Assembly: GCA_944373145.1 (NCBI GenBank)
Contig: CALWAL010000002.1
Location: 86,282 to 150,281, forward strand
Source of the DNA: an uncultured Bacilli bacterium
GTDB taxonomy: Bacteria > Bacillota_I > Bacilli_A > RF39 > UBA660
Direction: 5' to 3'
DNA length: 64,000 nucleotides
Part shown: positions 30,937 to 40,961 of the stretch, piece by piece
Layout of the letters: every line of letters begins with the position of its first letter
How positions within the stretch are numbered: position 1 is the first letter of the stretch
Notes under the pieces: generated by a model
What the model was told of the DNA's origin: nothing
What the model saw: the letters and a program-made list of their open reading frames with translations, nothing else
Databases searched by the model: none
Translations under genes and position numbers: made by a program

Positions 30937-31596
30937 ATGATGAATGAGTATTTAACTATTATTCTAACAATTTTATCAATTATAATCCCAGTATATGCAA
31001 CCATTTATACTGGTCATATTCGTATAAAAAATGAAAATAAAGAAGGGCATAAGCCATATTTGGTTTTAGGAAAAATAGAAAAAATTACTTCGATTAATCG
31101 TTTTGTTTATTTTCTAGCAATCGTAAGTGATAAGATAAAAAGAGCGTCATTAGAAGAAATTGATGAACTAACTAAAAAAAGTACAACCGTTAATGTTTCT
31201 GTTTCTTTAAAAAATATCGGATATGGAGTTGCCAGTAATATTAAATTTTACGACTTAGAAACGGCCGAACCGATTGTTGGGCTTCAAGAAACTTCTAAAA
31301 CGATGAATCAAAAAAAGTTTACAACTTTTGATATTTCCAAAGATCGCGAAAAAAAGGTTCAAACCTGTTTGATTACTAATCGTGGCAATGATGTGATAAA
31401 TACTGAACAATATTGCCTTTTATGTGTATATCAAGATTTAAATGAAAATGTTTATGATTTTATAATCGGAATTGATGTCAAAGAAGGCGGAGCTTATGAT
31501 TTTTTTGCTTTTCAAAGAAGCAGTCATAGCTATAAGTCTCTTATTAATTTATACAAAAAAAATTATCATAGAATTCATAAGTTATATAAAAAATAA
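30937..31596 (+). CDS. Hypothetical protein with an N-terminal TM anchor
   Basis: ORF with one N-terminal hydrophobic helix; RBS ggtga. Confidence 0.5.
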   Translation: MMNEYLTIILTILSIIIPVYATIYTGHIRIKNENKEGHKPYLVLGKIEKITSINRFVYFLAIVSDKIKRASLEEIDELTKKSTTVNVSVSLKNIGYGVASNIKFYDLETAEPIVGLQETSKTMNQKKFTTFDISKDREKKVQTCLITNRGNDVINTEQYCLLCVYQDLNENVYDFIIGIDVKEGGAYDFFAFQRSSHSYKSLINLYKKNYHRIHKLYKK

Positions 31597-31625
31597 CGCA
31601 TTTTATTATAAAATGCGCTTTTTTA
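31597..31625. terminator. Bidirectional intrinsic terminator
   Basis: 9-bp stem cgcatttta/taaaatgcg with A and T runs on both sides, between convergent genes. Confidence 0.6.
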
Positions 31626-32276
31626 TTTTCTTAATTCTTTTTTTATAGTCTGTTTGGCTCTTTTAATAATTTCCTTCCGCCCTTTAGAACTAAAAATGAA
31701 AATTAAGATTACTACAATAACTCCCATTGTAACAATGATAGGGTTAACTTTTATATGGTATATATTAGTCATAGGAAGTTCATTAATTTTATCTTCATCT
31801 TTATCATTATTTTGATTTGACCATATTCCAACTTTGTTATTAATTGCTTGTTCTTGTTCTTGTTCTAAAATATTGGTATATTTATAGTCATCATAAAGGT
31901 AAGCTACTTCAGCATATCCTTTTTTTATTAATTCTTTTTGTAAGAGATTCTCATCAACAAAAACCCACACTAAGTATCGGTCATATTTATCTTTTTTATC
32001 GCTGTTAGGGTCAAATTCTAAAATAATTTTATTAGCATTTTTTAAAGCTTCACAAGTATAATCGCTAGCTTCTTTTCCATATGGTTCTTCTTCAATTGTG
32101 GGATGAACTGTTTCTGGTGTATCAATTGCTAAAAAGCGAGCTACTATTTCTTCATCTTTATAAATAAATCTAGCGGTATCACCATCTACACATTTACTTA
32201 GTTTGACTTGAATTTCTTCGGCATTAACATTAATGTTAAGAAATAAGCAAAGAAATAAAATTAATATTTTTTTCAT
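31623..32276 (-). CDS. Thermonuclease (staphylococcal-nuclease/SNase-like) with signal peptide and C-terminal TM anchor
   Basis: SNase catalytic blocks …VDGDTARF…, …RFLAIDTPE…, …DRYGRYLVWV-like…; N-terminal signal peptide; C-terminal hydrophobic helix plus K-rich tail. Confidence 0.8.
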   Translation of the reverse strand: MKKILILFLCLFLNINVNAEEIQVKLSKCVDGDTARFIYKDEEIVARFLAIDTPETVHPTIEEEPYGKEASDYTCEALKNANKIILEFDPNSDKKDKYDRYLVWVFVDENLLQKELIKKGYAEVAYLYDDYKYTNILEQEQEQAINNKVGIWSNQNNDKDEDKINELPMTNIYHIKVNPIIVTMGVIVVILIFIFSSKGRKEIIKRAKQTIKKELRK

Positions 32277-32382
32277 ATCATCACCTATTTTAAGTATATC
32301 ATAAAATAAAAATTATGATAAAAATTTCTTTGCTAAATTTCAATTTTGTGATATAATCATTGAGTTACAAGGAAGTGTTGTT

Positions 32383-34194
32383 ATGCAAAAAAAGAGAAAT
32401 ATAGCAATTATAGCCCATGTTGATCATGGAAAAACAACTTTAGTAGATAAACTTTTACAATCTTCGGGAATGTTTAGAGACAATGAAACAATACAAGATA
32501 GAATGATGGATTCAAATGATATTGAAAGAGAAAGAGGAATTACAATTTTAGCTAAAACAACCTCTATTAATTATAAAGATTATCGCATCAATATTTTAGA
32601 TACTCCAGGACATGCCGATTTTGGCGGAGAAGTAGAAAGAATTATGAATATGGTTGATGGGGTACTATTAGTTGTTGATGCTTATGAAGGCACGATGCCT
32701 CAGACAAGGTTTGTTTTAAAAAAGGCAATGGAAGCTGGTGTAAAGCCAATAGTAGTGGTTAATAAAATTGATAAACCGTCAGCACGCCCTAAAGAAGTAG
32801 TCGATGAGGTTATGGATTTATTTATAGAGTTAGGTGCGGATATTGATGATCTAGATTTCCCGGTTGCCTATTGTTCTGCAATCAATAATACTTCTTCCTT
32901 AAGTGATGATATTGCAACACAAGAAGAGGGAATGCAAAAAATTCTAGATATGATTATTGAATATATTCCCGAACCAAAAGTTGAAATCGAAGGAGCGTTA
33001 CAATTCCAACCAGCATTATTAGATTATAACGATTTTGTAGGACGCATTGGGATTGGTTTAGTTAAAAGAGGAAAGGTAAAAGTTAATGAAATGGTAAGTT
33101 GTGTGCGTTTAGATGGCTCTATTAAACAATTTAGAGTGGCTAAGTTGTATGGTTTTTTAGGCCTTAAACGTATTGAAATCGATGAGGCAATGGCCGGTGA
33201 TATTATAGCGATAGCAGGATTACCAGATATTTCAGTAGGGGAAACTGTTTGTACAGTTAATCAAGAAGAGGCCCTACCTATATTACACATTGATGAACCG
33301 ACTCTTCAAATGACATTTGGTGTTAACACTAGTCCATTTTGTGGACGCGAGGGCAAAATTGTAACAGCGCGAAAGATTGAAGAACGACTTATGAAAGAAA
33401 CAGAACGAGATGTTTCTTTAAAAGTAAAACCAAATGATTCTGAATCCTTCATTGTATCTGGACGTGGAGAATTGCATTTATCAATTTTAATTGAAAATAT
33501 GCGCCGTGAGGGCTTTGAATTACAAGTATCTAAGCCACAAATAATTTTGAAAGAAATTGATGGAGTAATTTGTGAACCATTTGAAGATGTTCAAATTGAT
33601 GTGCCAGAAGAATATGTAGGTGCCGTAATTGAAGCTCTGGGTAATCGTGAAGGAATAATGGAAAATATGGCTACACACGAAGGTCAAACAAAATTAACTT
33701 ATGTTTTGCCAACACGAGGCTTAATTGGGTTTGCTACTGAATTTATGACAATGACTAAAGGTTATGGTATCATGAATCACACTTATAAAGAATATCGCAA
33801 ACAAGTTGGGTCAACGGTTGGTTATCGTAAAAATGGTGTTTTAGTGTCAATGGAAAATGGTAAATCCACAGCTTATGCCTTAGGAGGGCTAGAAGATCGT
33901 GGCGTTATGTTCATTGAACCTGGTGTGGATGTTTATGAAGGAATGATTGTTGGAGAAAATAATCATGATAACGATTTAGCGGTTAATGTTGTTAAAGGAA
34001 AAAATTTAACTAATACAAGAAGTTCAAGTAAAGATCATACAGTGGTTTTGAAAAGGCCAAAATTAATGAGTTTAGAGACATGTTTAGATTATATTAATGA
34101 TGATGAATTAGTTGAAGTTACACCATTAAGTTTTAGAATGCGTAAGAAAATTTTAAATACAAACGAACGTAAAAAAATGGATAGTCGAAAATAA
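32383..34194 (+). CDS. typA: Translational GTPase TypA/BipA
   Basis: G-domain AHVDHGKTTL, DTPGHADF, NKIDK; EF-G-like domains; ~600 aa. Confidence 0.95.
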   Translation: MQKKRNIAIIAHVDHGKTTLVDKLLQSSGMFRDNETIQDRMMDSNDIERERGITILAKTTSINYKDYRINILDTPGHADFGGEVERIMNMVDGVLLVVDAYEGTMPQTRFVLKKAMEAGVKPIVVVNKIDKPSARPKEVVDEVMDLFIELGADIDDLDFPVAYCSAINNTSSLSDDIATQEEGMQKILDMIIEYIPEPKVEIEGALQFQPALLDYNDFVGRIGIGLVKRGKVKVNEMVSCVRLDGSIKQFRVAKLYGFLGLKRIEIDEAMAGDIIAIAGLPDISVGETVCTVNQEEALPILHIDEPTLQMTFGVNTSPFCGREGKIVTARKIEERLMKETERDVSLKVKPNDSESFIVSGRGELHLSILIENMRREGFELQVSKPQIILKEIDGVICEPFEDVQIDVPEEYVGAVIEALGNREGIMENMATHEGQTKLTYVLPTRGLIGFATEFMTMTKGYGIMNHTYKEYRKQVGSTVGYRKNGVLVSMENGKSTAYALGGLEDRGVMFIEPGVDVYEGMIVGENNHDNDLAVNVVKGKNLTNTRSSSKDHTVVLKRPKLMSLETCLDYINDDELVEVTPLSFRMRKKILNTNERKKMDSRK

Positions 34195-34228
34195 ATTGGC
34201 TATTTTTTTAAAAAATTAAAAAAAGCTA

Positions 34229-34257
34229 TTGCATAATTATATATTTTTTGCTATAAT
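34229..34257 (+). promoter_or_regulatory. Sigma-A-type promoter (TTGCAT-17-TATAAT with TGn extended -10) immediately after typA
   Basis: ttgcat at 34229-34234; tgcTATAAT at 34249-34257. Confidence 0.45.
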
Positions 34258-34263
34258 AAAATT

Positions 34264-34607
34264 ACTTAATAGAACAGTAGTCAAAATTATTTATATAATA
34301 CAGATGTGATTAGGAGGTTTATACCAAATAAAAGTTGAAGTATATATAGTAATTTTGCTCTTGTGTATATGTATAAAATGATATAAATATATCAATAATA
34401 AAATATATACATACTACTTTTTCATTAAATAATTAATATGAACAATATTAATGTGATGAAAATTTAAGAATATCCTAAAAAAGGAGCTTATCGTCTATTA
34501 AGTATATAGCTATATGGGGAAAGAAAACCCTTGATAAGCAGTTTTTATTAGTGACTTGATAAAAATTGGTTCAAACTAGAGCAACGTTTAGTCAGCGTTG
34601 CTTTTTT
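34264..34607 (+). ncRNA. Candidate small non-coding transcript (orphan promoter-to-terminator unit, ~340 nt) with no ORF
   Basis: Bounded by the promoter above and an intrinsic terminator (stem agcaacg/cgttgct + T6 at 34580-34607). Contains two SD-like sequences (aggagg at 34311, aaggag at 34483) with no usable start codon or ORF of 10 codons or more. Confidence 0.3.
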
Positions 34608-34668
34608 CATGAAAACCTTTACAAATTTTGTCGGTTATATTATAATAAGCGCTTAAAGAGTGATTATT

Positions 34669-36657
34669 ATGGATGAATTAAATCGTATACAAATAGCGGC
34701 AGATTTATTAGATGAGGTGTTAAATCGCTGTGAGGAAAAAAAATTTGAAGATAGAATAACAGTAATTTATAATTTTTTGTTAGATACTGTTAATGATAAT
34801 TCGGGATTTAATAGAGAACTTTGTTTAGCGCACGGTATATCTAATCAATTGTTAAGAACTTATAAAAAAGATTCGTGGTTTATTATTTTATTAGATAGTT
34901 ATGAATATCTTAAATATTTAAAAGAAAAAAACAGTTTGTCATCTGAAGAAACGATTGTGTTAACAGAATTAGATAAATTGGAGTGTACTTTTACAAATTT
35001 ATTTGAATATTTTATGAGCTCAACTAATGAAGGTAAAATAAGAATTCTAATAACTAAATATTATGAATATATTGCTAAAGGCGAAGATTATATAAAGATA
35101 GTTGAAGATTATAATTATGAAAATCAAACACCATACCGCAATGTTTTAACAGATTACATTTTTGATATTACTGTAATGGATGAATTAGCTTCTTTATTTT
35201 CTTATTTAGACGACAAGTACCAAGGGCAAATAAATCGTGTAGTTGGCGTATCCGATGAAGAAGATTCTTTAACACCTGATGAATGCGATGAAATTAACTT
35301 TGAAGATGTTGTTTCAGATGAAGCTAACTATGAGGATGAAGACGAAGAAGATTCTGAATATAGTCAAGCTGTTGATGAATTATTTGAAGATCATGAAGAA
35401 GAAGTACATCAAATTTTGGAGAACTTTAAGGCTGATTTACATAGTAGGGTTATGGATATTTTAGAAAAATATTATGATGATAAATTTGAGTGTGATGATT
35501 TTATTGGCTTTTTAATGAGTTTTGTTTATACTTCTTTACTTAAATATAAAGGTACTCATCTTAAAGAAGAACAATCAATTCTCGAATTATTAGCAAACCC
35601 AGATGTTGATTATCCTTTAATTGTTGAATCTTTTTATAGTAGTCGTGAATATGTTTTGTCGTCATTAGATGTTTTTACAAAATATTATTATAGGTATTGT
35701 TGCGATATTTTAACGCATCGTGATGATTTAGGCAACTTTGAGATATCAAGAGTATCTTTAATGGATAAAAACTTCCCTAAATTAAGAGTATCCTTTCAAG
35801 GAAAACTTATTTCTAATCCTTTTAATCATATTTATGATAAATTTTTTATGAGTGTTAAAAAAATAAATAACGACAATTACATAGTAGAAATTCTTAATAT
35901 GTTACTTGAAGGCGAAAATATAGATGAAATTTTTAAATTATTGGGAATTAATAGCGATTTTGCATATCATAGATTGCAGATGATAAGGTATTTTACTCGT
36001 ATATTTATAGAAAATATGTACAATTCTAGTTTAAATGACATTGAGTCTGAACCTTTTGATGTTTTAATGAAAATTATGTATGATGATATTAGCGTAGAAA
36101 ATATTGTTAGACAATTTAAAAATCACGGAGAAATAATATTAAGAGGCTATGAATGTGGAATTAATAAAAGTATTGCTTCAAGAAAAGATAGCATACGTCA
36201 TTTACAGTACTCTAATGTGTTACATAATTTGGTAACAGTTGATCCAATGCTTATTGGCGATGCTATTTATTATCGCGCTTTCAACGATTCTAAATTATTT
36301 CAATATATTGAAGCGAATGGAATAGAATGGACAATTAGCTATTTGAAAAGTTTAGAAATTGATGAAGCTCAAGAATTTATGAAAGAAGTAATTGTTACTA
36401 TTTATTGTCATACTAGTGAATTAACTAAAATGGATTCTATTGACCAAACAATATCTGTTTTGTGTGAAAACGATGATAACGATTTACTACCTTATATTAG
36501 CTTCGCTTTAGGTAATAACCACTTGCTATCACAGTTACTTTTAAAATATTATGATTATGAAGTAAAGGAAGATTTTCCACCTAGTTATGAAGAACGTGTG
36601 GTTAAAAATCCAAAAATAAAACAAAAATTATATCCGAATATTGATAATAAAGAATAA
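34669..36657 (+). CDS. Large hypothetical cytoplasmic protein with an acidic D/E-rich segment
   Basis: ~660-aa ORF; its own promoter-like element (ttacaa-16-tataat) follows the upstream terminator; no recognised domain; residues ~195-245 are a highly acidic tract. Confidence 0.6.
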   Translation: MDELNRIQIAADLLDEVLNRCEEKKFEDRITVIYNFLLDTVNDNSGFNRELCLAHGISNQLLRTYKKDSWFIILLDSYEYLKYLKEKNSLSSEETIVLTELDKLECTFTNLFEYFMSSTNEGKIRILITKYYEYIAKGEDYIKIVEDYNYENQTPYRNVLTDYIFDITVMDELASLFSYLDDKYQGQINRVVGVSDEEDSLTPDECDEINFEDVVSDEANYEDEDEEDSEYSQAVDELFEDHEEEVHQILENFKADLHSRVMDILEKYYDDKFECDDFIGFLMSFVYTSLLKYKGTHLKEEQSILELLANPDVDYPLIVESFYSSREYVLSSLDVFTKYYYRYCCDILTHRDDLGNFEISRVSLMDKNFPKLRVSFQGKLISNPFNHIYDKFFMSVKKINNDNYIVEILNMLLEGENIDEIFKLLGINSDFAYHRLQMIRYFTRIFIENMYNSSLNDIESEPFDVLMKIMYDDISVENIVRQFKNHGEIILRGYECGINKSIASRKDSIRHLQYSNVLHNLVTVDPMLIGDAIYYRAFNDSKLFQYIEANGIEWTISYLKSLEIDEAQEFMKEVIVTIYCHTSELTKMDSIDQTISVLCENDDNDLLPYISFALGNNHLLSQLLLKYYDYEVKEDFPPSYEERVVKNPKIKQKLYPNIDNKE

Positions 36658-36751
36658 TCTACTAATAAAATTGAAGATTATTTTTTTCATAGATTTATGA
36701 TATTAAATGTGTTAAAATATATATGTAAACAATTAGAAATAGGTGAAAAAG

Positions 36752-37537
36752 ATGGGAAAGATTATAGCATTTGTTAATCAAAAAGGTGGAGTTGGTAAAA
36801 CAACTTCTAGCATCAATTTGGCAGCCTCATTAGGTTTACTTGGTAAAAAAACTCTTTTAGTTGATTTGGATCCACAAGGTAATGCGACTACAGGAGTAGG
36901 AATAGTTAAAAGCGAAGTTAAAGATAGTGTTTATGAACTATTAACGGAAAAAACAGATATTGAGGATGTTATTATAAAAACACGATTTAAAAATTTATAT
37001 ACAATTCCAGCCTCTATTAATTTAGCGGGTGTTGATATGGAATTGATGGAAATAGCTCGTAGTAATAAGGATTTTATTGCTCAGCTTCAATTAAAGAAAG
37101 CTTTGGGAAAAGTAACGGACTTATTCGACTATATTATTTTAGATTGCCCGCCTTCTTTAGGTTTAATTACTACTAATGCTTTAGCTAGTGCTAATTCGGT
37201 AATTATTCCCGTACAATGTGAATTTTTCGCACTTGAAGGAATTATGCAACTTCTAAATTCAATAATGATTGCGCAAAAAAAATTAAATCCAGAATTAGTT
37301 ATTGAAGGGGTATTGTTGACTATGCTGGATAATCGCACTAACTTAGGATTAGAAGTTGTAGAGGAAATAAAAAGTTATTTTAAAGAAAAAGTTTATGATA
37401 CTATTATCCCACGTTTAGTTAGGTTATCAGAAGCGCCAAGTCATGGTAAACCAATTCATGCATATGATCCTAAAAGTCGTGGGACAGAAGCATATTTAAA
37501 TTTAGCAAAAGAGGTGATTGAGAGAAATGGAAATTAA
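36752..37537 (+). CDS. soj: Chromosome partitioning ATPase ParA/Soj
   Basis: Deviant Walker A NQKGGVGKTT; ParA family length; followed by an overlapping parB. Confidence 0.9.
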   Translation: MGKIIAFVNQKGGVGKTTSSINLAASLGLLGKKTLLVDLDPQGNATTGVGIVKSEVKDSVYELLTEKTDIEDVIIKTRFKNLYTIPASINLAGVDMELMEIARSNKDFIAQLQLKKALGKVTDLFDYIILDCPPSLGLITTNALASANSVIIPVQCEFFALEGIMQLLNSIMIAQKKLNPELVIEGVLLTMLDNRTNLGLEVVEEIKSYFKEKVYDTIIPRLVRLSEAPSHGKPIHAYDPKSRGTEAYLNLAKEVIERNGN

Positions 37538-38405
37538 AAAAAGAGCCTTAGGTAGAGGTTTGGAACAATTATTTAACACGGAAAACCTTGATTTAGATAG
37601 CTTTGAAAAGAGTGTTTATGAGAGTGCAACTAGTGAAGAAATTATTGATATTAATTTGTCTGAATTACGAGCTAATCCATATCAACCTCGTAAAGTATTT
37701 AATGATGAGTCGTTAAAAGAATTGTCTGATTCGATTAAAGAACACGGAGTTTTTCAACCAATTATTGTAAAGAAAAGTATTAAAGGGTATGAAATTATAG
37801 CTGGAGAAAGAAGAGTTAGGGCTAGTAAATTAGCTGGTCTTGAGACCATTCCAGCTATTGTTCGTAATTTAAATGATGAACAAATGATGGAAATAGCTCT
37901 TTTAGAAAACTTACAAAGGGAGGATTTATCAGCAATTGAAGAAGCTACCGCTTATAAAACGATGATTGAACGTTTAAATTTGACACAAGAAGAGTTGAGT
38001 GTTAAGGTGGGAAAAAGCAGAAGTCATATTACTAATTTGTTAGGCCTTTTGCGCTTACCATCAGAAGTTCAAGATATGGTTACCAATAATCAATTAAGTA
38101 TGGCTCACGCACGTGTATTATCAAAGTGGGAAGATGACCAAGAAATTATTGATACTGCACACAAAATTATAGAGGATAAAATTCCAGTACGTAAATTAGA
38201 ATTTCAAGCAACGACTATTAATAAAAAAAATAAAGTAGAAAAAATTAAGACTGTAACTAAAGTAGACGAATATAAATACGCTGAAGATTTGTTGCGTGAT
38301 AAATTAGATACAAAAGTTCGTATTCGCGAAAATAAAATTGAAATCAGTTTTACTAATGTAGCTGATTTAAATCGTATTTTGGATACAATGGATGTTAAGG
38401 GATAA
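37527..38405 (+). CDS. spo0J: Chromosome partitioning protein ParB/Spo0J
   Basis: GRGL N-terminus, ParB box GERRVRAS, HTH region; overlaps the parA 3' end. Confidence 0.9.
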   Translation: MEIKKRALGRGLEQLFNTENLDLDSFEKSVYESATSEEIIDINLSELRANPYQPRKVFNDESLKELSDSIKEHGVFQPIIVKKSIKGYEIIAGERRVRASKLAGLETIPAIVRNLNDEQMMEIALLENLQREDLSAIEEATAYKTMIERLNLTQEELSVKVGKSRSHITNLLGLLRLPSEVQDMVTNNQLSMAHARVLSKWEDDQEIIDTAHKIIEDKIPVRKLEFQATTINKKNKVEKIKTVTKVDEYKYAEDLLRDKLDTKVRIRENKIEISFTNVADLNRILDTMDVKG

Positions 38406-38407
38406 AG

Positions 38408-39196
38408 ATGTTAGAGAAAATACTAATTAAAGAAGTTGTTGCTCCTATTTTGATAATATTTAGTTGTGTTGTTATATATTTAATTATTTCGAAGATTATA
38501 AAAAAAGTTTTTACTATTAAGAGTAGTCGCGTTGATGAACGCAAACGGAAGACGATTGTTATAACGATAAACACTACATTAAAAGTTTTTTTATCAATTG
38601 TAGCATTATTGATGATTTTAGAAGTGTTTAATATTGATACTAAAACATTAGTAGCTTCGTTAGGCGCTGTTAGTGTGGTTATAGGTTTAGCCTTCCAAGA
38701 CTTACTAAAAGACTTTATTGCCGGTTTCACAATCTTATTTGAAGATCAATTTTCTGTCGGCGATTATGTTATGATTGATGGCTTTACAGGCAAGGTAATT
38801 GAAGCAGGCTTAAAAACAACAAGAATTCAGGCTTATACTGGTGAAGTTAAAATAATCTCCAATCGTAATATTACAACGGTTGTTAATTATGATTTGGGAA
38901 TGAATGTTCAAGTTGTAGATGTTGCTGTTAGTTATGATTCAGATATTAAAAAAGTTAAGAACGTTTTGGATAAAGTTTGTGAGGATTTGAGTCAGGAATT
39001 ATCTTTAACTGAACCTGCAACTTGCTTAGGTGTTGAAGCTTTAAGTGATAGTTCAATTAATTTTAGGATAGTAATTCCAGGTATTTATGATGATAAGTTT
39101 GCTTTTGCTAGAGCTTTTAGAGCAAGAATTAAAGAAAGCTTTGATGAGCATGGAATTGAAATACCATATCCACAGGTGGTGGTTCACAATGAATAG
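38408..39196 (+). CDS. Small-conductance mechanosensitive channel (MscS family)
   Basis: 3 N-terminal TM helices then the MscS beta-domain (…FSVGDYVMIDGFTGKVIEAGLKTTRIQAYTGEV…). Confidence 0.8.
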   Translation: MLEKILIKEVVAPILIIFSCVVIYLIISKIIKKVFTIKSSRVDERKRKTIVITINTTLKVFLSIVALLMILEVFNIDTKTLVASLGAVSVVIGLAFQDLLKDFIAGFTILFEDQFSVGDYVMIDGFTGKVIEAGLKTTRIQAYTGEVKIISNRNITTVVNYDLGMNVQVVDVAVSYDSDIKKVKNVLDKVCEDLSQELSLTEPATCLGVEALSDSSINFRIVIPGIYDDKFAFARAFRARIKESFDEHGIEIPYPQVVVHNE

Positions 39197-39374
39197 TGAA
39201 TATAAATTAAATAGTATAGTTATGATGAAAAAAGCTCATCCTTGTGGTGGTAATGAGTGGGTTATTACACGTGTAGGAGCTGATATTAAAATAAAATGTG
39301 TAAAATGTGGCCGTTCAATTATGCTGCCACGAATTGAATTTAATAAAAAAATGAAGAAGGTTATTTCTTTATAG
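39189..39374 (+). CDS. DUF951 family small protein
   Basis: MNSEYKLNSIVMMKKAHPCGG…C.KCGR zinc-ribbon-like; typical ~60-aa DUF951; 8-nt overlap with mscS. Confidence 0.65.
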   Translation: MNSEYKLNSIVMMKKAHPCGGNEWVITRVGADIKIKCVKCGRSIMLPRIEFNKKMKKVISL

Positions 39375-39383
39375 GAGGGTAGT

Positions 39384-40886
39384 ATGGCAATAAGGCGCGT
39401 TAAAAATAGAAAAACACTGGGACCCATTATTATTATGATTTTAATTAGTATCGTTATTATGATACTTAGTTTTATTTTTAATAAGATCGGTTTGCAAGCT
39501 GTTTTAACAGATATCTCCTCTTCAGAAACAACAATTGTTACTGTTAATAATATTTTTAGTAGAGAAGGGCTTCAATATATTTTTGGAAGTGCTGTTAGTA
39601 ATTTCCAAAATATTGAACCTTTAATTTACGTTGCAATTTCACTAATTGCAATATCTATTTTAGAATCAAGCGGTTTGTTAAAACATTTATTTGGATATTT
39701 TAAAAGAGTTAAACCAGCTTTTATAACTTTCATTGTATTGTTTATAGGTATGATATCTACTTTGGCGCTTGATTATGGATATGCAGTCTTAATACCTTTG
39801 GTAGCGGTACTTTATAAAAATATAAATCGAGATCCAAAATTGGGAATTATGACAGTTTTTATTGGAATAACAGCAGGTTATGGGGCGGGCTTTTTATACA
39901 ATTATCAGGATATTGTTTTAGGAGCTTTGACTCAAACTTCATCTGTTGGTATTATTTCTAATTATCGCTTTGATCGTTGGTCAATGGCTTTTATAACAAC
40001 AGCTTCAACTATTATCTTATCGTTAGTTGGAACGTTTGCTATTGAAAAATTTTTAGTAAAGAAAAATAAACGTTCAACTGATGATGAATTGATTGTTTCA
40101 ACTAAAGCTTTACAAGCTACAACCATTGTGTTTATTTTGTTACTTTTGTTAACTATATATTCGATTATTCCTGGATTACCTTTCTCTGGTATTTTGTTGG
40201 ATTCACAAGCTAACGGTTATATGGAAAAATTGTTTTCTGAAACATCACCATTTCGTGAAGGAATTTTAGCATTATTTGTAGTAATATCTCTTATTTGTGG
40301 ATATGTTTATGGCAAGATATCACGTAATATAAAGAATGTTCGCGAATATAATAGTGCTATTTCTTCTTCATTTGAGGGAACAGGATTTATTTTTGCAGGT
40401 TTATTTTTTGCTTCAATTATGCTAGGTATTTTGGATTGGACTAATATTAGCACTGTTTTATCATTGAAACTTGTAAATTTATTTAATAATGCTCCAATGA
40501 CGGGTATTTTTCTAATTAGCTTAATGTTTATAATATTTGTTTTAGTAACTATTTTAAATCCAACGACTATTGCTAATTGGACTTTTATTGCTCCAGTTTT
40601 TGTACCTCTAGGTATACGAGCTAATATTTCGCCTTCATTTACACAAATGATTTTTAAAGCGGCTGATTCGGTTGGAAAATGTTTTACTCCTTTTTATATT
40701 TATTTAATTGTTATGCTAGGCTTTTTATATAAGTATGATACAGATGGTGAAGAATTAGAACTATTTGGAACAATGAAAAAGATGGCGCCAGTAGCTATTT
40801 GGTTAGCGATTACATGGATAGTAATTATTATTGGCTGGAATTTATTAGGACTTAGTATGGGAGTTGGAACTTATCCAACGTTATAG
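39384..40886 (+). CDS. Polytopic membrane transporter-like protein (possibly AbgT/antiporter-like family)
   Basis: 500 aa with 12 or more hydrophobic helices; family assignment tentative. Confidence 0.5.
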   Translation: MAIRRVKNRKTLGPIIIMILISIVIMILSFIFNKIGLQAVLTDISSSETTIVTVNNIFSREGLQYIFGSAVSNFQNIEPLIYVAISLIAISILESSGLLKHLFGYFKRVKPAFITFIVLFIGMISTLALDYGYAVLIPLVAVLYKNINRDPKLGIMTVFIGITAGYGAGFLYNYQDIVLGALTQTSSVGIISNYRFDRWSMAFITTASTIILSLVGTFAIEKFLVKKNKRSTDDELIVSTKALQATTIVFILLLLLTIYSIIPGLPFSGILLDSQANGYMEKLFSETSPFREGILALFVVISLICGYVYGKISRNIKNVREYNSAISSSFEGTGFIFAGLFFASIMLGILDWTNISTVLSLKLVNLFNNAPMTGIFLISLMFIIFVLVTILNPTTIANWTFIAPVFVPLGIRANISPSFTQMIFKAADSVGKCFTPFYIYLIVMLGFLYKYDTDGEELELFGTMKKMAPVAIWLAITWIVIIIGWNLLGLSMGVGTYPTL

Positions 40887-40961
40887 AGCGTGCATTATGC
40901 ATGCTTTTTTACTTGCTTTTTCAAAAATAGTATAGTAAACTTTACTTGTTGAGGTGAGAGT

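Noticed and set aside
34427-34530. Tiny ORFs in the typA-downstream intergenic region (MNNINVMKI, MGKENP)
   Set aside because: They are only 6-9 codons and lack properly spaced SD sequences. The region is better interpreted as non-coding
39087-39188. 5' extension of the DUF951 ORF overlapping mscS (ORF track 39087-39374)
   Set aside because: An in-frame ATG at 39189 gives the canonical ~60-aa DUF951 start (MNSEYKLNSIVMMKKAHPCGG). The upstream part just reads through the mscS 3' end
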